A DNA stretch of 64,000 nt from an uncultured Actinomycetes bacterium (lineage in GTDB: Bacteria; Actinomycetota; Acidimicrobiia; Acidimicrobiales; AC-9): the NCBI GenBank assembly GCA_963717645.1, contig CAVQWQ010000015.1:66766-130765 (forward strand). Direction: 5' to 3'. Position numbers and translations under genes: made by a program. Numbering within the stretch: position 1 is the stretch's first letter; every line of letters starts with the position of its first letter. Shown piece by piece: positions 30,961 through 41,141 of the stretch. The notes beneath the pieces were generated by a model. That model saw only the letters and a program-made list of their open reading frames with translations. It was not told where the DNA came from and did not search any database.

Positions 30961-32910
30961 TTGAACACTCGAGCCGTCACCGAGAAGCAGTCCCGCGATG
31001 TCGCCGAGGCCGCCAGGCAGCAGGAGTGGAACCAGCCCAGCTTCGCCAAGGAGCTGTTCCTGGGCCGGTTCAAGCTGGAGATGGTTCACCCCCATCCGCG
31101 CCCGTCCGCCGAGGATCAGGTCAAGGGCGAGGCCTTCCTCGCCCGGCTGGAGGCCTTCCTCCGCGAGGAGGTCGACCCCGCGGTCATCGAGCGCGACGCC
31201 AAGATCCCCGAGAGCGTGATCAAGGGCCTGTGCGACCTGGGCGCCCTGGGCATGAAGATCGACGAGGAGTACGGCGGCCTGGGGCTCTCGAACGTCTACT
31301 ACAACCGCGCTCTGGCCATGGCGGTCACCTATCACTCGGCGATCAGCACGCTGCTCAGCGCCCACCAGTCGATCGGGGTGCCCCAGCCGCTCAAGCTGTT
31401 CGGCACCCCCGAGCAGAAGCGCAAGTACCTGCCCCGCGTGGCCCGCGACCAGATCAGCGCATTTCTGCTCACCGAGCCCGACGTGGGGAGCGATCCCGCC
31501 CGCATGCAGTGCAGCGCCGTCCCCTCCGAGGACGGCTCGACCTACCTCATCAACGGCCAGAAGCTGTGGACGACCAACGGCGTCATCGCCGATCTGCTGG
31601 TGGTGATGGCGACCGTCCCCCGCTCCGAGGGGCATCGCGGAGGCATCACCGCCTTCATCGTCGACGCCCACGCACCTGGGGTGAAGGTGCTGCACCGCAA
31701 CCAGTTCATGGGGCTCCGCGGCATCGAGAACGGGGTGACCCGCTTCGAGAACGTGCGCGTGCCGGTCGACGACGTCGTCGGCGGCGAGGGTCGGGGGCTG
31801 AAGGTCGCCCTGCAGACGCTCAACACCGGGCGCCTTTCGCTCCCCGCCACGTGCGCCGCCTCGTCGAAGCTATCCCTCAAGATCGTGCGGGAGTGGGCCA
31901 ACGAGCGCGTGCAGTGGGGTATGCCAATCGGCAAGCACGAGGCCGTGGCCGAGAAGATCGCGTTCATCGCCGGCGTGACCTTCGCCGAGGAGGCCGTGGT
32001 GGAGCTGTCGAGCCTGCTGGCTGACGCCGAGCAGCACGACATCCGCATCGAGGCCGCCCTGGCCAAGCTGTACTGCTCGGAGATGGCCTGGCAGGTCGCC
32101 GACGAGATGGTGCAGATCCGGGGAGGCCGGGGATTCGAGACGGCGGCGTCCCTCGAGGCCCGAGGGGAGAAGCCCGTCCCGGCCGAGCAGGTCCTCCGGG
32201 ACCTCCGAATCTGCCGGATCTTCGAGGGCTCCTCGGAGATCATGAAGCTCCTGATCGCCCGGGAGGCCGTCGACCAGCACCTCGCCGTGGCTGGCGCCAT
32301 CATCGACCCCGATGTCGACGCCCGCACCAAGGCCAGGACGGCGGCCAAGGCCGGCGCCTTCTACGGCAAGTGGCTGCCGCGGCTCGCCGTCGGGCAGGGC
32401 CAGTCTCCTCGCAGCTACGCGGAGTTCGGCGAGCTGGGGACCCACCTTCGCTTCGTCGAGCGCTCCAGCCGCAAGCTCGCCCGCTCGACCTTCTACGGGA
32501 TGTCCCGCTGGCAGGGCAAGCTCGAGCGAAAGCAGGGATTCCTCGGTCGGATCGTCGACATCGGGGCCGAGCTGTATGCCATGAGCGCGGCGTGTGTGCG
32601 CGCCCAGATGCTGACCGACGACGGCGAGGTGGGGGCCGACAGCGCCATCGAACTGGCCGACCTGTTCTGCAAGGGCGCCCGCCGCCGCGTCGACCAGCTC
32701 TTCCATGGGCTGTGGCACAACGATGACGCCGAGAACTACACCACCGCCCAGGCCGTGCTGGCCGGCCGCTACACCTGGGCCGAGGGGGGCATCATCGATC
32801 CGGCGGGCGAGGGCCCCATGCTCGGCACGGCCAGCGCACACGCCACCGTCGAGGCCAAGGTCGCCCCACCCGAGAGCTCCGAGAACGTGGCCGCCGGCCC
32901 CAGCCGTTGA
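30961..32910 (+). CDS. Acyl-CoA dehydrogenase (long FadE10-like)
   Basis: FLLTEPDVGSDP, NGQKLWTTNG, QIRGGRG, RIFEGSSEI; start uncertain, TTG 30961 chosen. Confidence 0.9.
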   Translation: MNTRAVTEKQSRDVAEAARQQEWNQPSFAKELFLGRFKLEMVHPHPRPSAEDQVKGEAFLARLEAFLREEVDPAVIERDAKIPESVIKGLCDLGALGMKIDEEYGGLGLSNVYYNRALAMAVTYHSAISTLLSAHQSIGVPQPLKLFGTPEQKRKYLPRVARDQISAFLLTEPDVGSDPARMQCSAVPSEDGSTYLINGQKLWTTNGVIADLLVVMATVPRSEGHRGGITAFIVDAHAPGVKVLHRNQFMGLRGIENGVTRFENVRVPVDDVVGGEGRGLKVALQTLNTGRLSLPATCAASSKLSLKIVREWANERVQWGMPIGKHEAVAEKIAFIAGVTFAEEAVVELSSLLADAEQHDIRIEAALAKLYCSEMAWQVADEMVQIRGGRGFETAASLEARGEKPVPAEQVLRDLRICRIFEGSSEIMKLLIAREAVDQHLAVAGAIIDPDVDARTKARTAAKAGAFYGKWLPRLAVGQGQSPRSYAEFGELGTHLRFVERSSRKLARSTFYGMSRWQGKLERKQGFLGRIVDIGAELYAMSAACVRAQMLTDDGEVGADSAIELADLFCKGARRRVDQLFHGLWHNDDAENYTTAQAVLAGRYTWAEGGIIDPAGEGPMLGTASAHATVEAKVAPPESSENVAAGPSR

Positions 32911-33010
32911 TCAGCTGCCCCGCAACGCGCCAGCGGTCCCTCCGTCCGGCGCGATCGGCGGGGCGTGGCGTCACCTCGGGGCGGACGTCCCGGGCGAGCC
33001 TCGCCGGCTG

Positions 33011-33166
33011 ATGATCGCGGTCTTCGTCGTGGCGCTGGTGATGGCGCAGGCTGTCGGGATCATCGGCCTTCGTCGCCGGGGCTACGAGCTGCTGTGCACG
33101 CTCGCCATAGCCGTCCTGTTGGCCATCGCAATCTTCGCCGCCGGTCGGGTGCTCGGACTGGTCTGA
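33011..33166 (+). CDS. Small two-TM membrane protein
   Basis: 51 aa with two hydrophobic segments separated by RRR. Confidence 0.45.
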   Translation: MIAVFVVALVMAQAVGIIGLRRRGYELLCTLAIAVLLAIAIFAAGRVLGLV

Positions 33167-33201
33167 TCGACGCCGGCGGCGCCGGGTCCACACTGGTAGG
33201 A

Positions 33202-33681
33202 GTGACGCGCCCGCCCGAGTCCGTGGAGTTTCAGCCCGACGCTCCCGGCGAGATCCTGGCGCGCATGGATGTCGTCGCCGGCGGCCGCGGCGGGTGGATC
33301 AACTTCGAACCCCGCATCGACGAGAACACCGAGGTCCCCCAGGAGTCCTCGCTCTTCGGGATCTTCTCGGCCAGCGGTCCCGCCGTGCCGATCTGCACCT
33401 GGGTGCCGGGCAAGGGGCGGGGAGACCGGCGGGAGCCCGTCTCGATCGGTGTGCAGCACGCCACCGGGCCCCGTGCCGTCGCCCGGCTCGGCTCCGCTGG
33501 CGTCGAGGTCCCCGCCGGCTGGCGCATCCGACAGGACCATCCTCGGCGCGGCCTGGTGATCATGGTCCCGGCCGAGCAGGACCACGACAGCACCCTCGGC
33601 TGGCTCCTGCGAGCCGGCGCCGCCCTCAGCGCCGTGCCGCTCACGGGCCCCTGGCGGGCCGCCGTCTTCGTCAACACCTGA
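33202..33681 (+). CDS. Hypothetical protein
   Basis: GC3-biased globular ORF (QDHPRRGL motif) that fills the gap. Confidence 0.6.
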   Translation: MTRPPESVEFQPDAPGEILARMDVVAGGRGGWINFEPRIDENTEVPQESSLFGIFSASGPAVPICTWVPGKGRGDRREPVSIGVQHATGPRAVARLGSAGVEVPAGWRIRQDHPRRGLVIMVPAEQDHDSTLGWLLRAGAALSAVPLTGPWRAAVFVNT

Positions 33682-33913
33682 CCGCAGCCGGCCCGGGAGG
33701 CCGGCCCGACGAGATAGCCGAAGGCGCTCAAGCGCCAAGGCCAGCGCCTGCGGGTCGAAATCCGCCGTCTGCCGCCCCGAAGGGGGCAACATGGCGGTGG
33801 GGCAGGGAGGTGGAGGGGATGGAAGTCACGAAAACATCCGTGTCTCCGTCAAATCACGTGGCTTTCGCCTGCGCCCCGTGAACGGAGACCATCCCGGGGT
33901 AAAGGTGTCCACC

Positions 33914-35380
33914 ATGCAAGAGGTTCTCATCGAGCCCGTACAGCTCGACACGGCGGCCGTTCTGCTCGGCGAGAAGCGGATCACCCAGCTGGCCGCCCAG
34001 GCCGAGAGGACCAACCGGGTGCTGGCGGGCCGGACGGTGTGGAACGTCAACTCCACGGCCCAGGGCGGAGGCGTCGCCGAGATGCTGGAGGTGCTCCTCG
34101 CCTACGCCCGTGGAGGCGGCGTCGACACGCGGTGGCTGGTGATCCATGGTGTGCCCGACTTCTTCGCCGTCACCAAGCGCCTGCACAACTGGTTGCACGG
34201 GGTCCCGGGCGACGGCGGCGAGATGGGTGCGGCGGAGCGCCGGATCTACGAGCAGAACCTCGCCGACAACGAAGGTGACCTCACCGCCCGGGTTCGGCCC
34301 GGTGACGTCGTCATCCTCCACGACCCGCAGACGACGGGGTTGATCACGCCGATGAAGCGGGCCGGGGCCGTCGTGATCTGGCGCTGCCACGTCGGGGCCG
34401 ACGACCGGGACAACCCGTTCGTCGTCGGCGCGTGGAACTTCCTGGCGCCCTATCTGGAGGACGCCGACGCGTTCATCTTCTCCCGGGCCACCTACCCGCC
34501 AGCGTGGCTGAACGGTGGCCGGGTCCACATCATCCCTCCGTCCATCGACCCCTTCTCGGCCAAGAACCAGGAGCTGGCGCCCGGCGCCGTGTGCTCGATC
34601 CTCGCCAGGATCGGCCTGATGCCCGAGACCGCGGAAGCGGCGGCGCCCGAGTTCAGGCACCGGGACGGGCTGCCCGGCACGGTCACCGACGTCGCCGACA
34701 TCGTCGCCGAAGGAGGACGGCTCGACCCCGACGCGCCGGTCGTCGTGCAGATCTCACGGTGGGACCGCCTGAAGGACATGTTCGGGGTGATGTGCGGCTT
34801 CGCCGAGCACGTGGGCGACGACACGGGTGCGAACCTGATCCTGGCCGGCCCCGAGGCCAAGGGCGTGGCCGACGACCCCGAGGCCGTGGCGGTCTACCGC
34901 GAATGCTTGGAGGGCTGGCGCCAGCTGCGCCCCGACCAGCGACGGCGCATCCGCCTGCTCAAGCTCCCCATGGACGACGTCGAGGCCAACGCGGCCATGG
35001 TGAACGCGCTCCAGCGCCACGCCGCCGTGGTGGTCCAGAAGAGCCTCGTCGAGGGTTTCGGTCTGACCGTCGCCGAGGCCATGTGGAAGACCCGGGCGGT
35101 GGTGGCCAGCGCGGTAGGTGGCATCAACGACCAGATCGTCGACGGAGAGAGCGGTCTCCTCCTTCCGGACCCGACCGATCTCGCCGCCTTCGGTGCGATC
35201 GTCGACAGCCTGCTGCACGATGCGAGCGAGCGGCAGCGGCTGGGCCGTGACGCCCGCCAGCGGGTCCTCGACCAGTTCATGGGCGACCGTCATCTGATCC
35301 AGTACGGCCAGCTCCTCGAGGAGCTGCTGGTACCCGCCGCCCCCCCGGCCCCCTCGGCCCTCAGGCCCGCCGGTCCTTGA
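33914..35380 (+). CDS. GT4 glycosyltransferase, trehalose synthase TreT-like
   Basis: VNSTAQGGGVAEML, HDPQ, WRCH, QISRWDRLK, QKSLVEGFGLTVAEAMWK. Confidence 0.88.
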   Translation: MQEVLIEPVQLDTAAVLLGEKRITQLAAQAERTNRVLAGRTVWNVNSTAQGGGVAEMLEVLLAYARGGGVDTRWLVIHGVPDFFAVTKRLHNWLHGVPGDGGEMGAAERRIYEQNLADNEGDLTARVRPGDVVILHDPQTTGLITPMKRAGAVVIWRCHVGADDRDNPFVVGAWNFLAPYLEDADAFIFSRATYPPAWLNGGRVHIIPPSIDPFSAKNQELAPGAVCSILARIGLMPETAEAAAPEFRHRDGLPGTVTDVADIVAEGGRLDPDAPVVVQISRWDRLKDMFGVMCGFAEHVGDDTGANLILAGPEAKGVADDPEAVAVYRECLEGWRQLRPDQRRRIRLLKLPMDDVEANAAMVNALQRHAAVVVQKSLVEGFGLTVAEAMWKTRAVVASAVGGINDQIVDGESGLLLPDPTDLAAFGAIVDSLLHDASERQRLGRDARQRVLDQFMGDRHLIQYGQLLEELLVPAAPPAPSALRPAGP

Positions 35381-36584
35381 CCACCTTCCCGCCCTGGATG
35401 ACTACGACGACGCGCTCGGGCTGATCGAACAGCTCCGGATCCTGCAGGGGATCGCCGTCGAACACGACCATGTCGGCGAGCCTGCCCTCGGTGATGGTGC
35501 CGATGTCGTCGTCGCATCGGAGCAGCTCGGCGTTGGTGCGGGTGGCCGACACCAGCGCGGCCATCGGCCCGAGGAGCCGCGACTTGAGGGTCAGCTCGAG
35601 CCCGCGATGACGTTGCTCGGGCCCGAGCAGATCGGAGCCTGATCCGAGCGGCACACCGGCCACGGCGGCGAGCTTCACCGACCGGCTCATGGCGTCCTCC
35701 AGTCCCTCGAGTCGGGAGAGCGCGGCCTCGGAGAGACCCCAGTCCTCCCACTCCCTCGGCATGACGTGGAGCACAGCGAGCGTCGGCACGACGTACGCAC
35801 CGGCGGCGGCGATCTCGTTCGCCGTGTCCTCGTCGAGCAGGCTGGCATGCTCGAAGCTGCGAACGCCGGCCGCGAGCCCGTTGCGAATGCCCCCGACGTT
35901 GTGGGCGTGGGCCAGCACGTAGGTGTCACGGGCGTGCGCCTCGGCGACCACGGCCCGAAGCTCCTCCACCGTGAGCTGGGTGTCCTCGATGCGGTCCGTC
36001 GAGGACACCACGCCCCCCGAAACCGCCACCTTCAGCTGCGTGGCGCCCCGACGGAACGCCTCGCGGGCGGCCAGCATGGCGCTGTCCGGCCCGTCGATCC
36101 GCATCGAGGGCTGCACGAGCCCGGGTAGGCCGCCGCCCCGCCCATGATGATCGAACGGATCGCGGAGGTCGCCATGGCCGCCCGACTGGCACAGGATGGG
36201 GCCCGACGGAAGGATCCGAGGACCCTTCACCAGACCGACCGCCGTCGCCGTGGCCAGCCCGCCGTCGGCGCCGCCCGCGTCCCGCACGGTCGTGAAGCCT
36301 GCGTCCAGCGCCACCTCGCACACGTGAAAGATCCGAGCCGCCGTGACCGCCACAGGAACACGGCGTCCGCTCAGGTCGGCCATGTCGACCAGCGCCAGGT
36401 GGGCGTGGGCGTCGATCAGGCCGGGCACGATCGTGAGGCCGCGAAGATCCAACTCCCTGCCGGAGGGAGCCCTCCCACCGACCTGGGCGATCCGCTCGCC
36501 CTCGACCGCCACGACACCATCCCTGACGGGTTCGGCGCCCGTGCCGTCGGCCATGTTGGCGCCCCGCAGCACAAGGCTCGCCAT
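35361..36584 (-). CDS. Metal-dependent amidohydrolase (Xaa-Pro dipeptidase-like)
   Basis: PGLIDAHAH, GFTTVRD, GGHGD, AHAH, EHAS, GSD. Confidence 0.88.
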   Translation of the reverse strand: MASLVLRGANMADGTGAEPVRDGVVAVEGERIAQVGGRAPSGRELDLRGLTIVPGLIDAHAHLALVDMADLSGRRVPVAVTAARIFHVCEVALDAGFTTVRDAGGADGGLATATAVGLVKGPRILPSGPILCQSGGHGDLRDPFDHHGRGGGLPGLVQPSMRIDGPDSAMLAAREAFRRGATQLKVAVSGGVVSSTDRIEDTQLTVEELRAVVAEAHARDTYVLAHAHNVGGIRNGLAAGVRSFEHASLLDEDTANEIAAAGAYVVPTLAVLHVMPREWEDWGLSEAALSRLEGLEDAMSRSVKLAAVAGVPLGSGSDLLGPEQRHRGLELTLKSRLLGPMAALVSATRTNAELLRCDDDIGTITEGRLADMVVFDGDPLQDPELFDQPERVVVVIQGGKVVKDRRA

Positions 36585-36594
36585 CCGGCCCAGG

Positions 36595-38442
36595 CTAGCT
36601 GGACGCCCAGACGCCCAGCCCGGCCGTGTGGTCAGGCCGGCCTCCCGGGCCGGTGATGTCGTCAGGCCGGCCTCCCGAGCCGGCGCTGTCGTCAAGCCGG
36701 CCTCCCGAGCCGGCGCTGAGGATGGCGACCGTCGCCGGCGGGAGGTGGAGCCGTCCGCCTGCGAGGGAGACGTCCTCCTCCGAGCCCACGAGCAGCGAAC
36801 CATCCGCGTCGAGACGGGTGGTCTGCTCACCGAGGTTGCTGGCGATCGTGATCGGCCCACGCCGCACGACGAGACAGCTCTGCTCGATTGTCACCCTCAC
36901 CAGATCCAAGCGACCGTCGCCCAGCTCCGGCACGTCGCGACGCAGGCGGATCAGCCGGCGGTGCCAGTCGAGGAGCTCGCGGTGCGGGAGCCGCTCGGGC
37001 TCGGTCCAGTCGAGCTTGGAGCGTTCGAACGTCAGGGGATCTTGGGGATCGGGCATCGACTCGACCGGCCAGTCCAGGCGCGACAGGTCCTTCAAACGCC
37101 CCTCGGCGACGAGGCGTCCGAGACTCGTGTCACCGTGGTCGCTGAAGTACTGGAAGGGCGTCGACGCCCCCCATTCCTCGCCCTGGAAGAGCATCGGAAC
37201 GAAAGGCGCCGTGAGCAGCACCGCGGCACCCACTTTCAGTAGTCCGGCGCTCATCAGCGCTCCCGTGCGCTCACCGGCGGGTCGGTTGCCCACCTGATCG
37301 TGGCTCTGCAGGTACACCACGAAGCGATGGCCCGAGAGCCCGGGCGGCAGCGGCCGGCCGTGGACCCGGCGGCGATACGCGGACCACGTGCCATCGTTGA
37401 CGTAGGCCTGTCGGACGGCCTTCGCGAGGGCGTCGACCGACCCGAAGTCGGCGTAGTAGCCGTTGCGCTCGCCCGTGAGCACGGCATGCAGCGCGTGGTG
37501 GAACTCGTCGCTCCACCAGCCGTCGAGGCCCGCACCCCCGGCGTGGCGCGAGTGCACGAGGCCGGGATCGTTCTGGTCGCTCTCGGCCACGAGGGCCAGG
37601 GAGCGGCCAAGCTCGCCCGCCAGCTCCTCGACACGGCGGCTGAGCCGCTGGAGAAACGACATCGCCGCCCCGTCGACCAGCGCGTCGACGGCGTCGAGGC
37701 GCAGTCCGTCCATGTGGTAGTCGCGCAACCACATGAGGGCGTTGTCCACGAAGAAGTCCGTGATCGCGGCGCTCCGGGCAGCATTCAGGTTGACCGCCGG
37801 TCCCCAAGGCGTGGCGTGGTGCTCGGAGACATAGGGACCGAAGCGCTCCAGGTAGTTGCCCTCGGGGCCGAGGTGGTTGAAGACCACGTCGAGCAGCACC
37901 CCGAGGCCGCGCCGGTGACAGGCATCGACGAGGCGCTTGAGCCCGTCGGGCCCACCGTAGGCGTGATGCGGCGCGTAGGGGTCCACGCCGTCGTAGCCCC
38001 ATCCCCGCCGACCTGAGAACTCCGCCACCGGGAGCAGCTCGACGGCTGTCACGCCGAGATCGGTCAGGTGGTCGAGATGGGCGATGGCGGCGTCGAAGGT
38101 ACCGGCGTCCGAAAAGGTCCCGACGTGCAGCTCGTAGAGCACCGACGACGACAGCTCGATGCCGCGCCACCCGTTGTCGTTCCATGGGAAGCGCGAGTGG
38201 TCGACGACCCGCGACGGTCCGTGGACACCGGCAGGCTGCCACGCCGAGCGCGGATCAGGAAGTCCGTCGCTGCCGTCGACCGACAGCAGGTAATCGGTCC
38301 CCGGCCCTGCCTTCTCGACCTCGGCCGACCACCACCCGCTCTCGCCACCGGCCAGCGGCACGACCCGCCCGCCGACGTGGAGCTCGACCCGCCCGGCATC
38401 CGGGGCCCAGACATCGAATCGCCGCACTGTTTCCGCGGTCAT
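36595..38442 (-). CDS. treZ: Malto-oligosyltrehalose trehalohydrolase (GH13)
   Basis: YELHVGTF, WGYDGV, NHLGPEGNYL, LRLDAV, HDQVGNR, FQGEEWGASTPF. Confidence 0.92.
   Translation of the reverse strand: MTAETVRRFDVWAPDAGRVELHVGGRVVPLAGGESGWWSAEVEKAGPGTDYLLSVDGSDGLPDPRSAWQPAGVHGPSRVVDHSRFPWNDNGWRGIELSSSVLYELHVGTFSDAGTFDAAIAHLDHLTDLGVTAVELLPVAEFSGRRGWGYDGVDPYAPHHAYGGPDGLKRLVDACHRRGLGVLLDVVFNHLGPEGNYLERFGPYVSEHHATPWGPAVNLNAARSAAITDFFVDNALMWLRDYHMDGLRLDAVDALVDGAAMSFLQRLSRRVEELAGELGRSLALVAESDQNDPGLVHSRHAGGAGLDGWWSDEFHHALHAVLTGERNGYYADFGSVDALAKAVRQAYVNDGTWSAYRRRVHGRPLPPGLSGHRFVVYLQSHDQVGNRPAGERTGALMSAGLLKVGAAVLLTAPFVPMLFQGEEWGASTPFQYFSDHGDTSLGRLVAEGRLKDLSRLDWPVESMPDPQDPLTFERSKLDWTEPERLPHRELLDWHRRLIRLRRDVPELGDGRLDLVRVTIEQSCLVVRRGPITIASNLGEQTTRLDADGSLLVGSEEDVSLAGGRLHLPPATVAILSAGSGGRLDDSAGSGGRPDDITGPGGRPDHTAGLGVWASS
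36631..36720. repeat. Three 30-bp tandem repeats with a REP-like core inside the treZ 3' end
   Basis: GTCARGCCGGCCTCCCGRGCCGG... three times with period 30. Confidence 0.85.
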
Positions 38443-38558
38443 AGCCTCAGGTCCCTCGTTTGATCCCGACGAATCCAGCAGATCGAGATGATATGCCCCT
38501 TCTCGCGATCACCGATCTCTATACATTTTCACGCAAAGCTGTACCCTGGACGTAGCTG

Positions 38559-40625
38559 ATGGGCCCGAGAACCGACACCAACACGGAGCAGGATTGTTAT
38601 CGCGCGGCATTCGACATGGCCGCGGTCGGACTCTGTTATACGGTCCCTGGCGGACCGTTGCTGGCGGTCAATCAGGCCCTGGCGAACATGCTGGGTTTCG
38701 AGTCGTCCGAGGACCTGATCGCCAGCGGGCCGGTGGCCACCAGCCTGTTCGACGCCGCCGACCTCGAGGACCTCCGGCGGCGAGTTCGTGATCATGGCGA
38801 AGTCAGCGGGTTCGACGTCCCGATTCGCCGCCAGGACGGACGCATCATCTGGGTATCCATGACGATCAACACCATCGACCGTGATCATGTGGTCACCGTG
38901 ATCGACGTGACCGCCAGTCGTCAGCACGAGGAGGCATCTCGATCGAATGAAGCGAGATTGCGGTCGGTACTGGCCAACTCCTCGGAGAACTACCTCATCC
39001 TCGACAAGCACGGTGACGTCCGGTGGCTCAGCTCCGAGCCCGAGAGCAACCTTGGCTACGAGCCCGACGCGCTGCTCGGCCGCCAGGCGCACCTCGTCCA
39101 CCCCGATGACCGCCGTCCCTTTGCCCGCACGATCGAGAGGCTCTTCTCGGGTGAGTCCGAGTTCGAGGTCACTCGATACCGTGGCCGGCACAAGGACGGC
39201 TCTTGGCGGTACCTCGAGGCCCGGATGACCAACATGTTGCGTGATCCGGACGTCCAAGGCGTGGTCATCAATGTCCGCGACCTGACCGACCAACACTCGG
39301 CCGAGCAAAGGCTCGAGTACACCGAGTTGCATGACGAGCTCACAGATCTGCCCAATGAGCGTTTTCTCGACCGCTGGATCGAGGACCATGGCGAGATTGA
39401 GGCCAGCTCGGACCTCGCCATTCTGTTGGTCGACGTCGACCGCCTGAACCACACGAACAACACATTCGACCGGGCTGCGGGAGACGACATCCTCAAGTTC
39501 GTGGCCGAGGGCCTGCGCCAGCAGGTGCCCGAAGAGGCGGTGCTCGTCCGTTGGGCGGGCGATAGCTTCGCGGTCGTCATACCGGGTGCGCTCGGACGCG
39601 AGGCGGTCGCGGGCATGGCCGAGGACGTCGTGCGCGCCTCTCGGCACACGCGCCGGATCGGCACCGTTGACGTCTTCGTCAGCGTGAGCGTCGGGGTGGC
39701 GATCAGCGGGAGGGGCCGCCGATCCGCCAAGGACCTGGTGCGCGATGCCGACACCGCGCTCCATCAGGCCAAGGACCGGGGCCGGAACCGCTTCCAGCTC
39801 TTCGCCGGCTCGATGCAGCACCGCCTGGCCGCCCGTCTCAAGCTGGAGGGTGAGCTCCGGCGCGCCGTCGAGGCTCCCGGCGGGATCACGCAGTTCCGCC
39901 TGCTCTTCGACCCGCTCGTCTCACTTCGTCACCGCCAGACGGTGGGAATGGAGGCTTTGGTGGCCTGGCAGCACCGCGAGCACGGGCTGTTGCGGGCCGC
40001 CGAGTTCGTCCCTCTCGCCGAGGAGACGGGCCTGATATCGCCCATCGGCCACTGGGTGCTGGAAGAGGCCTGCCAGACGGCGCTCCGGGTGAACCACGGT
40101 CGCAAGCACGACCCGCTCGCGATGTCGGTGAACCTGTCGGGCCACGAGCTCAACCATCCTGACATCGTCACCTGGGTCATCAAGGAGATCGCCAGGGCGA
40201 ACCTCGACCCCACGCGGCTGTGGCTGGAGATCACCGAGACGGCGCTGGTGTCATCTCCCAGCATCAGGTCGACGCTCTGGCGTCTGAGAGATCTCGGTGT
40301 CCGGTTGGTCGTCGACGACTTCGGTACCGGTTACAGCTCGCTGACGTCGATCCGGGAGCTGCCGGTCGAGGTGGTCAAGATCGACAAGTCCTTCGTCGCC
40401 GGCCTCGGTCGTCGCTCGAAGGACGAGACGATCGTCAACACCGTCGTGGATCTGGCCAGGTCCCTCGACATGCTCACAGTTGCCGAGGGCATCGAGACCG
40501 CCCAGCAGGCCGACATGCTGACCGAGCTCGGGTGTGAGCTGGGCCAGGGCTACTTCTTCGGCGCATCTCGCCCATGGGATTCGCCTCGACCGAGCAGTGG
40601 GCAGCGGGCGTCAGTCGGTGGGTAG
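38559..40625 (+). CDS. PAS-PAS-GGDEF(degenerate)-EAL signalling protein
   Basis: Two PAS/PAC domains (VHPDD, HKDGSW), GGDEF site reads AGDSF, then EAL, DDFGTGYSS, KIDKSF, AEGIET. Confidence 0.9.
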   Translation: MGPRTDTNTEQDCYRAAFDMAAVGLCYTVPGGPLLAVNQALANMLGFESSEDLIASGPVATSLFDAADLEDLRRRVRDHGEVSGFDVPIRRQDGRIIWVSMTINTIDRDHVVTVIDVTASRQHEEASRSNEARLRSVLANSSENYLILDKHGDVRWLSSEPESNLGYEPDALLGRQAHLVHPDDRRPFARTIERLFSGESEFEVTRYRGRHKDGSWRYLEARMTNMLRDPDVQGVVINVRDLTDQHSAEQRLEYTELHDELTDLPNERFLDRWIEDHGEIEASSDLAILLVDVDRLNHTNNTFDRAAGDDILKFVAEGLRQQVPEEAVLVRWAGDSFAVVIPGALGREAVAGMAEDVVRASRHTRRIGTVDVFVSVSVGVAISGRGRRSAKDLVRDADTALHQAKDRGRNRFQLFAGSMQHRLAARLKLEGELRRAVEAPGGITQFRLLFDPLVSLRHRQTVGMEALVAWQHREHGLLRAAEFVPLAEETGLISPIGHWVLEEACQTALRVNHGRKHDPLAMSVNLSGHELNHPDIVTWVIKEIARANLDPTRLWLEITETALVSSPSIRSTLWRLRDLGVRLVVDDFGTGYSSLTSIRELPVEVVKIDKSFVAGLGRRSKDETIVNTVVDLARSLDMLTVAEGIETAQQADMLTELGCELGQGYFFGASRPWDSPRPSSGQRASVGG

Positions 40626-40636
40626 AGTTCCCGAGG

Positions 40637-41113
40637 GTGAAACCTAAGAACGCCGTTCGATTCGATCGAACGCTGGGCCCGTTGTTCTACAAGGTCCATC
40701 GCTGGATGTACGAGGCCAGTGACGGTCGGGTCGGAGCCAAGTCCTCGCAGGGGCCGATCCTGCTCCTCTCCACGGTCGGGCGCCGCAGCGGCGAGCCTCG
40801 GACCTCGCCCCTGCTGTACATGCGAGACGGCGAGGACTTCGTCGTCGTGGGATCGAACGGCGGCCGCCCCGCCCCTCCGGCGTGGTATCTCAACCTCGAG
40901 GCCGATCCCAAGGCGACGGTGCGAGACGGCCGACGGACGCTGGGCGTCGTGGCCGAGACGGTCGGTCCCGAGGAGAGGGACAAGCTGTGGACCCGCCTGC
41001 ACGAGTTCTATCCGGGGTGGTCGCACTACCAGACCCTGACCGAGCGGCACCTGCCGGTGGTCAGGCTCCGCCCCCAGTCAACGCCGGCTCGGGAGGCCGG
41101 CCCGACGGTCTAG
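40637..41113 (+). CDS. Deazaflavin (F420)-dependent nitroreductase family protein
   Basis: LLLSTVGRRSGEPRTSPL, SNGG...PAWYLNL, YQTLTERHLPVV. Confidence 0.9.
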   Translation: MKPKNAVRFDRTLGPLFYKVHRWMYEASDGRVGAKSSQGPILLLSTVGRRSGEPRTSPLLYMRDGEDFVVVGSNGGRPAPPAWYLNLEADPKATVRDGRRTLGVVAETVGPEERDKLWTRLHEFYPGWSHYQTLTERHLPVVRLRPQSTPAREAGPTV

Positions 41114-41141
41114 CCCGCGGGCGCGCAGCGATCGGACCGCC

